A DNA stretch of 64,000 nucleotides from Methanobacteriota archaeon (GTDB lineage Archaea > Thermoplasmatota > Thermoplasmata > SG8-5 > JAGLSY01). Under the pieces are notes generated by a model. That model saw nothing but the letters and a program-made list of their open reading frames with translations. It had not been told where the DNA came from and made no database searches. Of this stretch, positions 16,654 through 30,600 are shown piece by piece. The stretch spans positions 64,001-128,000 of the forward strand of contig JAEHCQ010000001.1 of the NCBI GenBank assembly GCA_020696385.1, read 5' to 3'. Position 1 is the first letter of the stretch; each line of letters opens with the position of its first letter. The translations under genes and the position numbers were made by a program.

Positions 16654-18084
16654 CTGATCTCTTTCTCTTTCCCCAGATATAGGTAGTGGATATTCCGAGG
16701 TCACACATCCCAGACAGAGATTATCATACTCTATCTGAAGTGCCTCGACCATTCCGTCAATAGATATGTAACCAAGACTGTCCGCGCCTATAGCCTCACC
16801 AATATCCTTGACCTCTTTATGATTTGCAATGAACTGATCCCTGGTGGTCATATCAATACCTAGGTAACAAGGAGCGATGATCGGGGGCGATCCAATTCTG
16901 ACATGCACCTCTACAGCTCCGGCATTCCGGAGTATCTGGATTATGGTCTTCATCGTCGTGCCCCTGACAATGGAATCATCCACCAAGACCACACGGCGGC
17001 CTTCAACGACAGCCCTTACGGGATTTAATTTATCTTTAATACTTACATCTCTCAGATACTGGCTTGGCATGATGAATGTTCTCTGAACATAGCGGTTCTT
17101 CATTATCCCTTCACTGAGCTTGATACCAGAACCCATTGAGAAACCATATGCATGACCTCTGCCAGAATCCGGAATAGCGATGACAACATCCGCATCGACA
17201 GGATGTTCCTTAGCAAGCCTCCAGCCGATCCTCTTTCGAGCATGATATACACTTAATCTATCTATTATCGAATCCGCCCTGGCGAAATACACCCACTCAA
17301 AAAAGCAATGGGCGCGCCTCTTACTGCTGGCCAGCTTGAAACTGTCCACCTTATCATGGAAAAGCTCCACGGCCTCTCCGGGCTGAATGTCCCTTATCAA
17401 TTTGGCTCCGATGACATCCAATGCGCCAGTCTCGGATGCGACGATGTAGCCACCATCGAACTGCCCAAGACACAGAGGCTTGAGACCTAGAGGATCTCGC
17501 ATCGCGAAAACCCTGCCATTGATCATAAGTGTAAATGAATAAGAGCCAATAAGCTTTTTAGCCACGACCTGGAGGGCCTTTTGAACATCTTTATGTTTGC
17601 TCATCTCGGTATTGAGTATGAGAGCAAAGGCCTCTTCCTCACTTGATTTGGTGAATTGATAACCCTGAGATTTCATCTCTTTGACTATCTCAGGAGCATT
17701 GACAATAATACCATTATGAGCAATGGCAATATCCCCAATATCGGTCTTCAATGTGAAGGGCTGAGCATTCTCTGGCTGGGATACTTTTATGGAATAATAA
17801 GTGTGGCCGATACCCATATTGCCCTTTAGCCTTTTAAGATCTGCTTCGGAGAATACCTGATCTACAAGGCCAATGCCTTTCTTCATCTTCTGCCTTTTAT
17901 CAAAAGTGACCATGCCAGAGGCTTCCTGGCCACGGTGCTGTAAAGCTCTCAATGCATAGTACATGTGAGATGAGAGGTCGCCCTTGCACGCAATGGCGAC
18001 TACTCCGCACTTCTCCTTTGGCTTATCATTATCGAAATAAGAATGATTGTCGCTGAATTCTTCATAGGATCCAGGCGGCAACAT
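16630..18084 (-). CDS. purF: Amidophosphoribosyltransferase (glutamine PRPP amidotransferase) with propeptide
   Basis: DKPKEK-CGV propeptide/Cys1, LQHRGQE, AHNG, RDPLGLKPL, CFFEWVYFARADS, VDDSIVRGTT, CLGC. Start reassigned to 18084, just after the rpl37e stop. Confidence 0.95.
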   Translation of the reverse strand: MLPPGSYEEFSDNHSYFDNDKPKEKCGVVAIACKGDLSSHMYYALRALQHRGQEASGMVTFDKRQKMKKGIGLVDQVFSEADLKRLKGNMGIGHTYYSIKVSQPENAQPFTLKTDIGDIAIAHNGIIVNAPEIVKEMKSQGYQFTKSSEEEAFALILNTEMSKHKDVQKALQVVAKKLIGSYSFTLMINGRVFAMRDPLGLKPLCLGQFDGGYIVASETGALDVIGAKLIRDIQPGEAVELFHDKVDSFKLASSKRRAHCFFEWVYFARADSIIDRLSVYHARKRIGWRLAKEHPVDADVVIAIPDSGRGHAYGFSMGSGIKLSEGIMKNRYVQRTFIMPSQYLRDVSIKDKLNPVRAVVEGRRVVLVDDSIVRGTTMKTIIQILRNAGAVEVHVRIGSPPIIAPCYLGIDMTTRDQFIANHKEVKDIGEAIGADSLGYISIDGMVEALQIEYDNLCLGCVTSEYPLPISGERERDQHTLDMFD

Positions 18085-18088
18085 GTGC

Positions 18089-18256
18089 CTAATGCTCCTT
18101 GGCCCAGGCGTAATTTCTAAGTTTAGCACTGGCTCCGAAGCCGCATGATGCGCATCTCTTTTTTCTAACATGATATGCATGCTTACCGCATCTTCGACAT
18201 ACTATGTGCGTTTTCTTGGAGCTGTGTTTACCCCTTGACGGTGTACCTTTTGACAT
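18089..18256 (-). CDS. rpl37e: 50S ribosomal protein L37e (absent from the ORF track)
   Basis: Manual translation: [56 protein letters not shown]2-C2 zinc finger; canonical lsm-rpl37e synteny. Confidence 0.96.
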   Translation of the reverse strand: MSKGTPSRGKHSSKKTHIVCRRCGKHAYHVRKKRCASCGFGASAKLRNYAWAKEH

Positions 18257-18292
18257 GTTCACCAACCTTCCTTAATTTTAATTATACTTTAT

Positions 18293-18508
18293 TCAAGGTG
18301 AGATATATATGACGTTGTCACCCCTAACGATCGCTAGATCATGCTTGCGGATTGTCTTTCCCTCATCCAGTTCTTCGGCATTGCGAAGCACTAAGTTAAG
18401 GTGAGGGTCGAAGCCGTCCAGAATTCCTCTGTATGACTTGCCTCCGCGCAATTCGACCATTACAGGCTTGTTTAGGTACTTGCCCAATATTGAGAGTGGC
18501 TTACTCAT
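18293..18508 (-). CDS. lsm: Sm-like archaeal protein (Lsm/SmAP1)
   Basis: MSKPLSIL...VMVELRGG..YRGILDGFDPHLNLVL.NAEE...IVRGDNVIYISP (Sm1/Sm2 motifs). GGTGA SD precedes ATG 18508. Confidence 0.95.
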   Translation of the reverse strand: MSKPLSILGKYLNKPVMVELRGGKSYRGILDGFDPHLNLVLRNAEELDEGKTIRKHDLAIVRGDNVIYISP

Positions 18509-18618
18509 AGATTCACCATTTCTGAGTCCGATATCGGATACAATACTTAAAGGTTTCACCCTATTAATAGTTTAGATTGCCATTATAGTGTAAATAGTTA
18601 CTATATATACCAAATATT

Positions 18619-21600
18619 TCAGTCATCCTTGCCCAAGCTATTCTCTGATCTAAACCATTTCCTATCCTGATTCTTATCGTTTCTCCGGTCCAGTACATTG
18701 AAGTATAGCGCGACAAACAATGCCATCAATACAATGATAGCAAGTGTTCCCATAGACATCATACCAGATGTAACCATGCTATAATGAGCTACAATGTCGG
18801 TATCGTCATCAAATGCATCAGTTTCACTAGTCGAGGTGGTTGATGGGCTTTCGATTAGAGAGGCCATATCAATATCAGACCCACCACGGGTGGATATGTC
18901 ATCGGGCAATGAATTCCGCATGCCCATATCGACAGGGGAAGGAACGGACATGATGACATTCCAGACAATATCACTTGGAACATGCACCCAGTAACCAGCT
19001 CCTGGAACCATGACATGAGTGTCTGGAAGTGCTTCCAGATCGTAAGGAGATAGAGCATTGAAACCCTCTATCTTGTCATAGCCTGTACCGGCAAGGGCAG
19101 TACCGATGGTGACAGTGCTATTCAGGGTTGGATAACCAATGAGGTTCCAACCAGCATGAAGTGTCATGTGCTCATTGTTCGGACGGTCGCCACTAACATT
19201 CAAAGTAGAAGCACTGATCATATTGATCCAGAAACCCATTGAATGATCTATATCGAATAGATCATTCAATGCAACGGGCTTTGATGTGGAATAAGATTTC
19301 CAATGATCAAAGGTATCTGTTGAATTGTAATACATGACCTGATCCCAATCGCCACTTATCGAAGATAGCACAGATAGGATGGAAGTATCGGACATGATCA
19401 ATGGTATCGAGATAAGATTCCAACCAATATCAAGATCAATGGTGAACCTGTTCTGCTCAACGGTCACAAGGGAAGTGTCGGTCAATGTGCCATAGGACAG
19501 CGTGACAGTGCCAGATGTAGGGGTCATTGGTGCGGTGAAGAAACCAGTAGCATCAATGGTGCCAACAGTCGTGCTCCATATGAAATCAACACCCAGGATC
19601 ACATTGTCAAAGACATCGTAGGCAGTGCCAGTGAAATCCTGTGTCAGGCCAACTGGAATTGTCAAGACCGAGGGAGTTAGTTCAATGTGATCAATCGATA
19701 TATCAACGATATCGGCATTTGTTGAGCCGACAACTAAACTATTCAAAGCCGCGATGAAGCCAAAGCCAGCTGTGGATTGAGCAGTAAGTAGGCCATTCGT
19801 ATCAATAGCACCGATACTGGTACCCCATATGAAGGTTAGGCCAGGAATTACATTATTGTAAATATCATAGCCAGTGGCAGTGAATTGAACAGTGCCTCCA
19901 ACAATTATGCTTATCAAAGGACCTGGGGAGATCATGATATGATCAATCGCTCCGGGAAGGATGGTGACAAGGGCAGAGACATTCGCAAAGCCAAGAGAAG
20001 CGGTCACCACACCAGATCCAGTTATTGTCTGGGCAGTGAAAAGACCAGTGGAACCTATTGATCCAACATCAGTGATCCATGTGAAAGATGCACCGATTGC
20101 CACATTATTGTACTGATCATATGCAACGGCACTGAAAGACTGGAGAGTGCCAACGACCACGGAAATCGAATTTGGGGTGATATCGATATGGTCGATATCA
20201 CCTATCAGGATATTCACAACTGCAGAAGCATTGATAGTGCCATTACTAACAGTGATGGAACCCATGCCGGGAATGATCTGTGCGGTGAAATTACCAGTGG
20301 CATCAACACTTCCAACATCAGAGGCCCACACAAGACCAATACCAGGAATGGCATTATTGTAAACATCAAGGGCGGTCGCAGTGAATTGCTGAAGGTCTCC
20401 AACTTGAACTGAAGCAGGATCAGGTGATATCGATATGTGATCGAGAGATCCGGGCAGAATATCCACCACGGCGGAGCTTGTGACTGCACCAAATGTCACA
20501 TTCACAAAGCCATTTCCAGTGGTTGTCTGGGCAGTGAAGATACCTGTAGCAGTAATAGAACCAATATCAGTACTCCATACAAAGGTCGCCCCAATGATCT
20601 CATTATTATAAGCATCATAGGCAATTGCACTGAAGAATCCGATACCGCCAACAGATAGAGAAAGAGATGCCGGGGTCATGATGATATGATCAACACTTCC
20701 GATGGTGACATCAACATTCACAGAATCACTTACAGATCCATTGGTTGCAGTTACTGAACCAATTCCAGGAATGGTCTGGGCCAAAAAGAGGCCACTGTTA
20801 TCTACGGATCCCACATCCGTACTCCATGAGAATCCGACACCAGATATCTCATTGTTATACAGATCATAGGCAATGGCGCTGAAAGCCTGAGTATCACCAA
20901 CACTAACTGTCGCAGAGTTAGGGGATATGACAATATGATCGATTGGGCCAGGAGTGACTGTGATATTGACGGAGTAGCTGAAAGTATCATTGGTAGCTGT
21001 AATAATGCCTGTACCTGGAACTGTCTGGGCGGTGAATGATCCGAAAGCATCCACAAAGCCAATATCAGTACTCCATATGAAATCCACTCCAGGTATTACA
21101 TTATCCATCACATCATAGGCTACTGCGGTGAATAGCATATTGGAGCCTACAATGATAGATACTTGATTAGGGGTGACCTGGATATGATCTATTCCGCCGA
21201 CCATGACATCGACCACTGTGAAACCACTTATCGTGCCATTGGTGGCTGTGGCAGTACCGGAGCCAGTAATTGATTGGGCTGTCAGCAGACCAGAAGCATC
21301 GATGGATCCAACATTTGTATTCCAGGTGAAAACCACTCCAGGTATCTCATTATCATAAACATCATAGGCAATTGCAGTAAGCTGGAGAGAGGCATCGACT
21401 ATCATGGCAGCTGGATCGGGAAGGACTGTAATATGATCTAGGGGACCGATAAATACGGTAATTGGAACAGAATAGCTTACGGAATTGTTTGTAGCGGTGA
21501 CAATTCCAGCTCCTGGAGTTGTCCGAGCAGTGAAGAGACCAGTGCCATCGATGGTACCGATATTGGTGGTCCATGTGAAAACAGTTCCCGGGATAGCATT

Positions 21601-24600
21601 ATTGTAAGAATCATAACCAACTGCAGTGAATGACTGGGTATCTCCAACTTGTAGTGAGACTGGATCTGGTAGAACTATGATATGATCGATAGCTCCATAG
21701 ACGATATCGACATTCGAAACTCCACTTATGCTACCATTGGTCGCGGTTACATTACCAGAACCAGGGGCTGAAGAGGCGGTGAAGAGACCAGTGGCATCCA
21801 CGGAGCCAATGTCCGCACTCCAGGAGAACTCGACACCAACGATCACATTATCATACACATCATAGGCTATTGCGGTGAATAGTTGAGTAGAGCCTACGAT
21901 GACACTGGCCGGAGATGGTAGAACATCAATATGATCCATGATATTAGGAACAATATCGACCACGGCGGAATAGCTGGAAGAGTCGTTAGTGGCTGTCACA
22001 ATACCAGTTCCGATCATGGTCTGGGCAGTAAATAGACCAGTACCATCGACAGTGCCGACATCGGAGGTCCATATGAACTCAACACCCACTATGACATTGT
22101 CAAGGGAATCGTAGGCAGTTGCGATGAATTGCTGAGTATTGCCAGCAGCGATAGAGATCGGATCAGGAACTATCAATATATGGTCGATATTCCCAATTAC
22201 CACATCCACGATTACGGAACCACTGGCGGTTCCATTGCTAACAGTGACTGAACCGATTCCTGGAGTGGTGAAACTCATGAAGAAGCCGGTGGCATTGATA
22301 GTGCCTACATCGGAGGTCCATATAAGATCCGCACTTGGCACAAGATTATTGAAGATATCGTAGGCAATAGCAGTGAACTGCTGGCTGGCATCAACAACAA
22401 TGACCAGAGAATCCGGGGAAATATCTATATGATCGACAAGACCAGGAACTATCGTGACAATGGCAGTGTCACTGATCGTACCATTGGTGGCTGTCACGAC
22501 ACCAGTACCCGGTGTGGTCTGGGCGATAAAGTTACCAGAAGCGATGGTACCAATATCAGAGGACCAAACGAAAGTCGTCCCAGGGATCACATTATTGTAA
22601 ACATCATAAGCAATAGCTGAGAAGGACTTCGTAGCTCCAGCCATCACAGTCACAGGGTTCGGAAGAACCTCGATATGGTCAACAGCACCTGGGATGATAT
22701 TCACAATGGCCGAATCGGAGATCGTGCCATTGGTAGCTGTGACAATGCCAGTGCCTGTCATTGCCTGGGCGGTGAATAGGCCAGTTGCGTCGATAGTACC
22801 GACATCAGTGCTCCAATCACGATCAGCGTTCGGGATGATATTATTGTAAACATCGTAAAGAATGATCGTGAATTGTTGAGTTTCACCTGCAACAATATCG
22901 ATCGGATTAGGAAGGACCTCGATATGATCAAGGCTATCTATCAAGATCTCAAGATCAGACTGGCCGCTTATGGTTCCATTGGTCGCGGTGACTGAACCAG
23001 TTCCTGGTGTTGTCCGAGCGGTGAATAGGCCAGTTACATCGATAGTACCAGCATCTGTACTCCACACAAATCCAATACCGGCGATGACATTGTCATAGAT
23101 ATCATATCCAGATGCGGTGAAGGTCTGATCATCACCAACAATTACAGTTGCAGGGTCTGGCATGACCTCGATATGGTCAAGTGGACCTGGAACTATATTG
23201 ACGTCTGCGAAATTGGAGATCGTTTCATTCACAGCAGTGACAGTTCCGGCCCCCGGAACTGTCACTGCTGTGAATAATCCACTATTATCAACAGTACCCA
23301 GATCGGTGGACCAATCATAACCAATACCAACTATCACATTATCGTAGACATCGTAGGCAGTGGCAGTGAAGACCAACGAAGCTCCTGCTACTATGGTCTT
23401 CGGATCTGGAGTAACAAGAATATGATCTAGAGCGCCAGGAACTATATTGACCGTCGAAGATGAGCTTACAGAACCATTGGTAGCGGCCACATATCCGCTA
23501 CCTGGAATGGTCTGAGCGGTGAAAGACCCTGATGCATCTACCAGGCCAGCATCAGTTGTCCAGATAAGATCCACGCCAGTGATCTCATTATTGTAAACAT
23601 CATAGGCCATGGCCATAAATAGTTGGACATCGCCAACGATAATAGTTGCCGTTGCCGGAGACAATACGATATGATGTACAGGACCGACAATGATTGTTAC
23701 ATCTGCTGTATCACTGATTGTGCCATTGGTAGCAGTTACAGTTCCAGTGCCTGGGGTGGTCTGGGCGGTAAGAAGACCTGCGACATCGATAACACCGACA
23801 TCGGTGGACCAGTCAAATCCAATGCCTGTTATCTCATTATTGTAAACATCATAAGCTATCGCGGAGAATAATCTAGCTTCGCCCACTACCACAGTTACAG
23901 GATCTGGCATAACCCCGATATGATCAAGAGCACCAGGAGTAAGAGTGATAGGTACGGAGCACTCGACTGAACCATTGGATGCGGTGACCACACCAGTACC
24001 TGAAATTATCTGGGCGGTGAAGGATCCTGCGACATCGATAATTCCAATATCAGTGCCCCATACAAGATCCACACCTGGAATGATATTATCATAAGCATCA
24101 TAGACCACTGCAGAGAAAGACTGTGTGGTTCCAACAAGCATGCTGACCGTATTAGGTGTAACGACTATGTGATCCACAGCACCAAGAACGACAAACACAT
24201 TGGCCACATCGCTGACCGTACCATTGGTAGCGGTCACGATACCGGTTCCTGGAACTGTCTGGGCAATGAACTCGCCGATGGAATTTATGGAGCCAATATC
24301 AGTGCTCCAGATAAAGTCCGCATTGGGGACGATATTATTGTAGATATCATAGGCAGTTGCAGTGAAAGCCAGTAATTCACCAACAGGCACAGTACAAGGA
24401 TCTGGACCCAGGATGATATGATCTATCGGGCCAGGTATGACATCGACAAGAGCGACTGAGCTGATAGTGCCATTGGAAGCGGTCACGGTTCCGGAGGCTG
24501 TGATGCTCTGGGCTGTGAAGTTTCCAGTAGCATCGATGGTACCGATATTGGTTGTCCAATCAAAACCAATACCAGATAAGGCATTGTTGAATTGATCGAA

Positions 24601-27600
24601 GGCAATGGCCACAAATGTCTTGGTGTCGTCAACGACAACATTGAAGACATCGGGTATGACGACTATGTGATGGATAGAGCCAGGAATGACAATGACACTG
24701 GCCAGACCAGAGACTGTGCCATTGGTCGCTGTCACAGTTCCAATACCAGTGAACGTCGGGGCAGTGAGGTCACCGGAACCATCAATGGTTCCGATATCAG
24801 TACTCCAGGTGAAAGTCACACCAGAGATAGGATTATCAAATTCATCATATGCAATTGCTGTGAATGTCCGAGTTTCTCCGACCTCCACCATACCAGGATT
24901 TGGCAGAACGATGATATGATCGATGGTCAGGATCACATCAATACCAGCTACACCGGAGATGGTGCCATTGGTGGCAGTTATCGTACCAGAACCAAGGGTG
25001 GATTGTGCAGTGAAGAAGCCAGTGGCATCCACGGAGCCAATATTCGTGCTCCAGGTGAAAGTCACGCCAGGGATCTCATTATTGTAAATATCATAGGCAG
25101 TGGCGATGAACAAGTGGCTGGCATCGATAATTATACTTGCGGGATCTGGGGTTATCATGATATGGTCTATCGGTCCGATGACCGTAGTGACTGTCGCAGA
25201 GGCACTTACAGAGCCATTGAAAGCGGTGATGGAGCCAGTTCCAGGAATGGTCTGAGCGGTCAGAAGACCAGTACCATCGACAGAACCAATATCCGTGCTC
25301 CAATCAAAGATTATGCCAGATATCTCATTATCGTAAACATCATAACCAAGGGCAGTGAATAGCTGGGTTCCGCCCACAACGATATCCGAGGGGTCAGGGG
25401 CCACGATAATGTGGTCTAGTTCTCCAGCGACCACATTTACAATCGCAGACCCGGAGATGGTACCATTGGTCGCGATCGCAGAGCCAGTTCCAGGAACCGT
25501 CTGCGTGGTCAAAAGACCAGCGGCATCGATAGAACCAATATCCGTACTCCAGGTGAAGTCAATGCCCGGTATCTCATTATTGTAAATATCGAAGGCGGCG
25601 GCAGTGAAGGATTGATCATCACCAACCGCGATAGTGATTGGGGTTGGATCAACAATTATGTGATCGATCGGTCCTATTATGATATCGACCGTGGCAGAAT
25701 ATGTCACCGTGCCATTGATAGCTGAAACAATTCCAATTCCTGGGACGGTCTGGGCAGTTAGCAAGCCAAAGATATCGATCGATCCAATATCTGTCGCCCA
25801 GATGACATCGGTCGCAGGTAGTGGATTGTCGTACATATCATAACCAGTGGCTGTGAAGACCTGTTGGGTTCCAACTATCACCGTGGCGGGATCTGGACTT
25901 ATGGTCAAGTGATCAAGAGCTCCGATAATGATAGTGATATCTGCTGAATCACTTATTGTGCTGTTCATGGCAGATATGATTCCAATACCTGGAGTTGTAT
26001 CAGCAGTGAACAGACCAGTATCATCAACAGAGCCTACATCGGTTGTCCAGATAAAGTCAACGCCGGGTATGGCATTGTTGTAAACATCATAGGCCATGGC
26101 CGTGAATTGTAAATTGCTTCCAACGACCACGGTAGATGGATCTGGCATAACAACAATATGATCGATACTTCCAGGCAGGACATTCACGGTAGATGAATAG
26201 CTGGCAGAACCATTGGTCGCGGTCACTATACCAGTTCCTGATATGGTCTGTGCCGTGAACAGGCCAGAAGTATCGACCGAGCCAATATCCGTGCTCCAGT
26301 CGAAAGTAACTCCAGAAACCACATTTCCATAAACATCGAAAGCAACGGCAGTGAATGCCTGAGTGCCTCCGACAACGAGTGAAACGGGATCTTGGAGCAT
26401 CACGATGGAGTCTATGGCTCCGGCAATGATGATCACGGTCGCGGAACCTGAGACCGTTCCATTGGTAGCTGTAACAACTCCAATGCCCAATGCGATCTGG
26501 GCAGTGAAGAATCCAGTAGCATCCACCGAACCGATATCCGTGCTCCAGGTTAGGTCGATACCGACTATCGGATTATTGAAAGAATCATAAGCGGTGGCTG
26601 TGAATGTTTGTGTTTCACCAGCCACGATCGAAACCGGATCAGGCATAACAACAATATGATCGATGGTCACAGAGAATACATCAACGACAGCAGAACCAGA
26701 GACCGTTCCATTGGTAGCTGTAACAACTCCAATGCCCGGTATCATCTGAGCGGTGAATGATCCGCTTGCACCAATGGAGCCGACATCCGTGCTCCAAACA
26801 AAGTCAACTCCCATGATCTCATTATTGAGGATATCATAAGCGGTGGCTGTGAAGGATCTGGAGGTCCCGACTATTAAAGATACGGGATCTGGCAGAACCA
26901 CAATATGATCTATCACTACATCGATGACATCGACAATTACAGAATAAGACACGGTTCCATTGGTTGCCGTGACACTTCCTGTTCCAGGTGATGACTGGGC
27001 CGTGAGCTGGCCAGTCATATCTATTATTCCAATATCAGTGCTCCAGACAAGGTCAATACCAGATATCTCATTATTATAAACATCATAGGTCTGGGCAGTG
27101 AATGCCAGGTTACCATTCACGATTATACTTACTGGGTCTGGAGTGACCACGATATGGTCAAGAGCCCCTACCAATATCTGCACACTCGCACTATCAGATA
27201 TCGCACCGCTGGTTGCGGTCACTGTGCCAACTCCAGGAGTTGTCTGGGCTGTGAAATAGCCTGTTGAATTGACAAAGCCAGCATCAGTGGCCCATGTGAA
27301 GAAAGTGCCACTTATGGGATTATTGTAGATATCATAAGCAATGGCAGTGAATTGGACATCACTGCCAACCATTGTCGATACAGGGTCTGGCAATACGATG
27401 ATATGATCCATACTGCCCACGATGATCGTGACCGAAGCAGAATCACTCAATGTTCCATTCGATGCGGTCACAATTCCCACCCCCGTGGTGGTCTGAGCTA
27501 TAAGCATGCCACTGATACCGATAGAACCAACATCAGTGGTCCAGATAAGATCCGCACCTGAAATTGCATTATTATAGATATCATAGACCGTGGCCGCGAA

Positions 27601-30600
27601 AGCCTGGAAGGTTCCAGCCTCGACAGTGGCCGGGTCTGGTGATACTATGATATGATCTGGAGCTCCAGGGATGACATTGACAGTTGCCGAATAGCTTACA
27701 GTTCCATTGGTCGCGGTCACAATACCGATCCCTGCCGTGGTCTGAGCAGTGAGGAGGCCGGACATATCCACAGAACCAATATTTGTCGTCCATACGAAGT
27801 TCATACCTGATATTTGATTATTGTAAATGTCATAGCCAGTTGCTACGAATACCTGAGTCTGACCAACTATCACCGTCGCTGGATCGGGTAAGATAATGAT
27901 ATGATCCAGCTCATCTGTGATGATGTCAACAACCGCGGAATACGAGATCGTACCATTTGTGGCAGTCACGATTCCCGAACCTGGCAGGGTCTGGGCAGTT
28001 AATTGACCATTTTGATCAATGGATCCTATGTCTGTCGTCCATACGAAGGCCATACCCGGGATCTCATTATCGAAGATATCATAGCCAATTGCAATAAAGG
28101 ACTGGCTATGTCCTGCTATTATGGTGATCGGATCAGGCAGGACGATGATGTGATCCAATGAACCGGGGATCACATTCACAATGGCAGAATCATTGATCGT
28201 GCCGTTCATTGCCATGATGGTTCCAGCACCTGGAATCGTCATGGCAGTGAACTGACCAGATGCGTCAATAAAGCCCACATCCGTTGTCCATGTGAAGGAC
28301 ACGCCTGGTATGATATTATTAGATAAATCATAGGCAACCGCAGTGAATACCTGAACGCCTCCTGCGAAGATGGTGACTGGATCCGGTGTGACGATGATAT
28401 GATCGACCATCGCGATGATTATATTGACATTCGCAGAACCGGATACGGTTCCATTTGTTGCAGTAACCGAGCCTGTTGCGGGGGATGATTGAGCTGTGAA
28501 ATAACCGGTCTCATTCACAGAGCCAATACCTGTGGACCAGGTGAATTCAACACCGGGTATCTCATTATTATAGATATCATAGGCAACTGCACTGAAAGGT
28601 GCCTCTCCATCAATGATCATGGTGATCGGTGTGGGTGAAACAATTATGTGATCTACAGGACCCAATATTATTTCGATACTGGCATTGGCCAAGATGCCAC
28701 CGCTGACAACATTAATAATACCCATTCCTGGGGTCGACTGGGCTGCCAGATATCCTGTGGAATTTATCACACCGACATCGGTACTCCAGCTCATTGGAGC
28801 ATTTGAAATGACATTGTTATAGACATCGTAGGCAGTGGCTGTGAATTGATAGAACTCACCCACTGTCACAATAGCTGGATCTGGTAATATGATGATATGA
28901 TCAACTGGGCCAGCGATGATGTCTATGACAGCAACACCAGCCACACTGCCATTTGTGGCTGTGGCAATTCCTGAGCCGGGTACTGTCTGGGCAGTGTACA
29001 GACCGAATGAGTCCATGGAGCCCACATCAGTGGTCCAGGTGAAAATCACACCCGGAATAAAGTTATTATAGATATCATAAGCCATGGCCACGAAGGACTG
29101 ATTATCACCAACAGCGATAGTGGCTGGGTCGGGCATCACCATGATATGATCGACTGGGCCCAGTATGATATTCACAATTACGGAATAACTTACTGTACCA
29201 TTCTCGGCAGTGACCGTCCCAGAGCCTGGGATGGTAGGTGCGGTGAATTGGCCATTGCCATTTATTGCACCAATTGTCGTGGACCAATTGAATTCAACAC
29301 CAGATAGAACATTATTGAAGACATCATATGCTATACCGATGAAGGATTGTGTACCTCCCACGGTCACCGTGGCTGGGTCGGGCACGACGATGATATGGTC
29401 GATGCCGGCATTGATAACATCAATATCTGCAGAATCCGAGAAAGTTCCATTGATAGCGGTTATTGTTCCAATTCCTGGTGAGTTCTGAGCAGTGAAATAA
29501 CCAGTTGCATTCACAGATCCAACATTTGTTATCCATACAAAATCCACTCCGGATATAGGATTATTGAAGATATCATAGGCAATAGCTGTGAATTGAAGGT
29601 CTCCATTGATTATCACATTCACTGGATCAGGAGTGACCATTATGTGGTCCAATGCCCCAGGTATTATGTCTACCAAAGCAGTGCCAGTGACCGAACCACT
29701 CGTGGCATTGACAAAGCCAGTTTGCGGAACAGTGAATGCTGTGAAGAATCCTGTTGAGTTCACAACACCCAGACTAGTGTTCCAAAAGAAGGAAACTCCA
29801 GGGATCGTATTATTGTAAGCATCATAGGCAGTGGCTGTGAACTGCTGGAAATCACCAACAGTGATCGATGCGGGGTTAGGAAGCACGATGATGTGATCCA
29901 GATCACCTACGATCACATTCACATTTGATGAATCGCTGAATGTTCCGTTCATTGCTGATACAATCCCAGTGCCGGGAGTTGTATCGGCAATGAAACTACC
30001 AAATGCATCGACAGAACCAATATCCGTGGACCATGTGAAAACCACACCGATGATAATATTGTTGTAAGCATCATAGGCCGTGGCAGTGAAGGACTGAAGA
30101 TCGCCAACAGTGATGTTCAGTAGATCTGGCGTGATATCCACCCTATCAATTGCCCCGGCTACGATATTGACAATGGCCGTGCTCGTGACAGTTCCATTGG
30201 CCGCAGTGACGACCCCAGAGCCTGAAATGGTCTGGGCTGTGAAAAGACCTGCATTGTCGATCGAGCCAACATCCGTGCTCCATATGAGGCCAACTCCTGG
30301 AATTGAATTATTATAGACATCATAAGCAGTTGCGGTGAAAGACTGGGTCTGGCCAACTACAATGGTCACAGGATCGGGTACAATGACGATATGATCGATC
30401 GGGCCCTGTATGATCGTGATGCTGGAGGTTCCAGATACTGAGCCATTAGTGGCCGATACTATTCCTGTGCCAGGAATTGTATCGGACATTAGCAGACCAG
30501 ATGCGTCCACTGAACCGATATCCGTCGTCCATGAGAATACAAGACCTGCGATAGTGTTATTGTAAATATCATAGCCAGTCGCAGTAAAGGCCTGAGTATC

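Noticed and set aside
18085-18180. N-terminal extension of purF in the ORF track
   Set aside because: Overlaps rpl37e in another frame.
18509-18559. Upstream extension of Lsm (MKPLSIV echoing SKPLSIL)
   Set aside because: No DNA-level similarity. The segment is the BRE/TATA (AAACCTTTAAGTA), and the SD supports ATG 18508.
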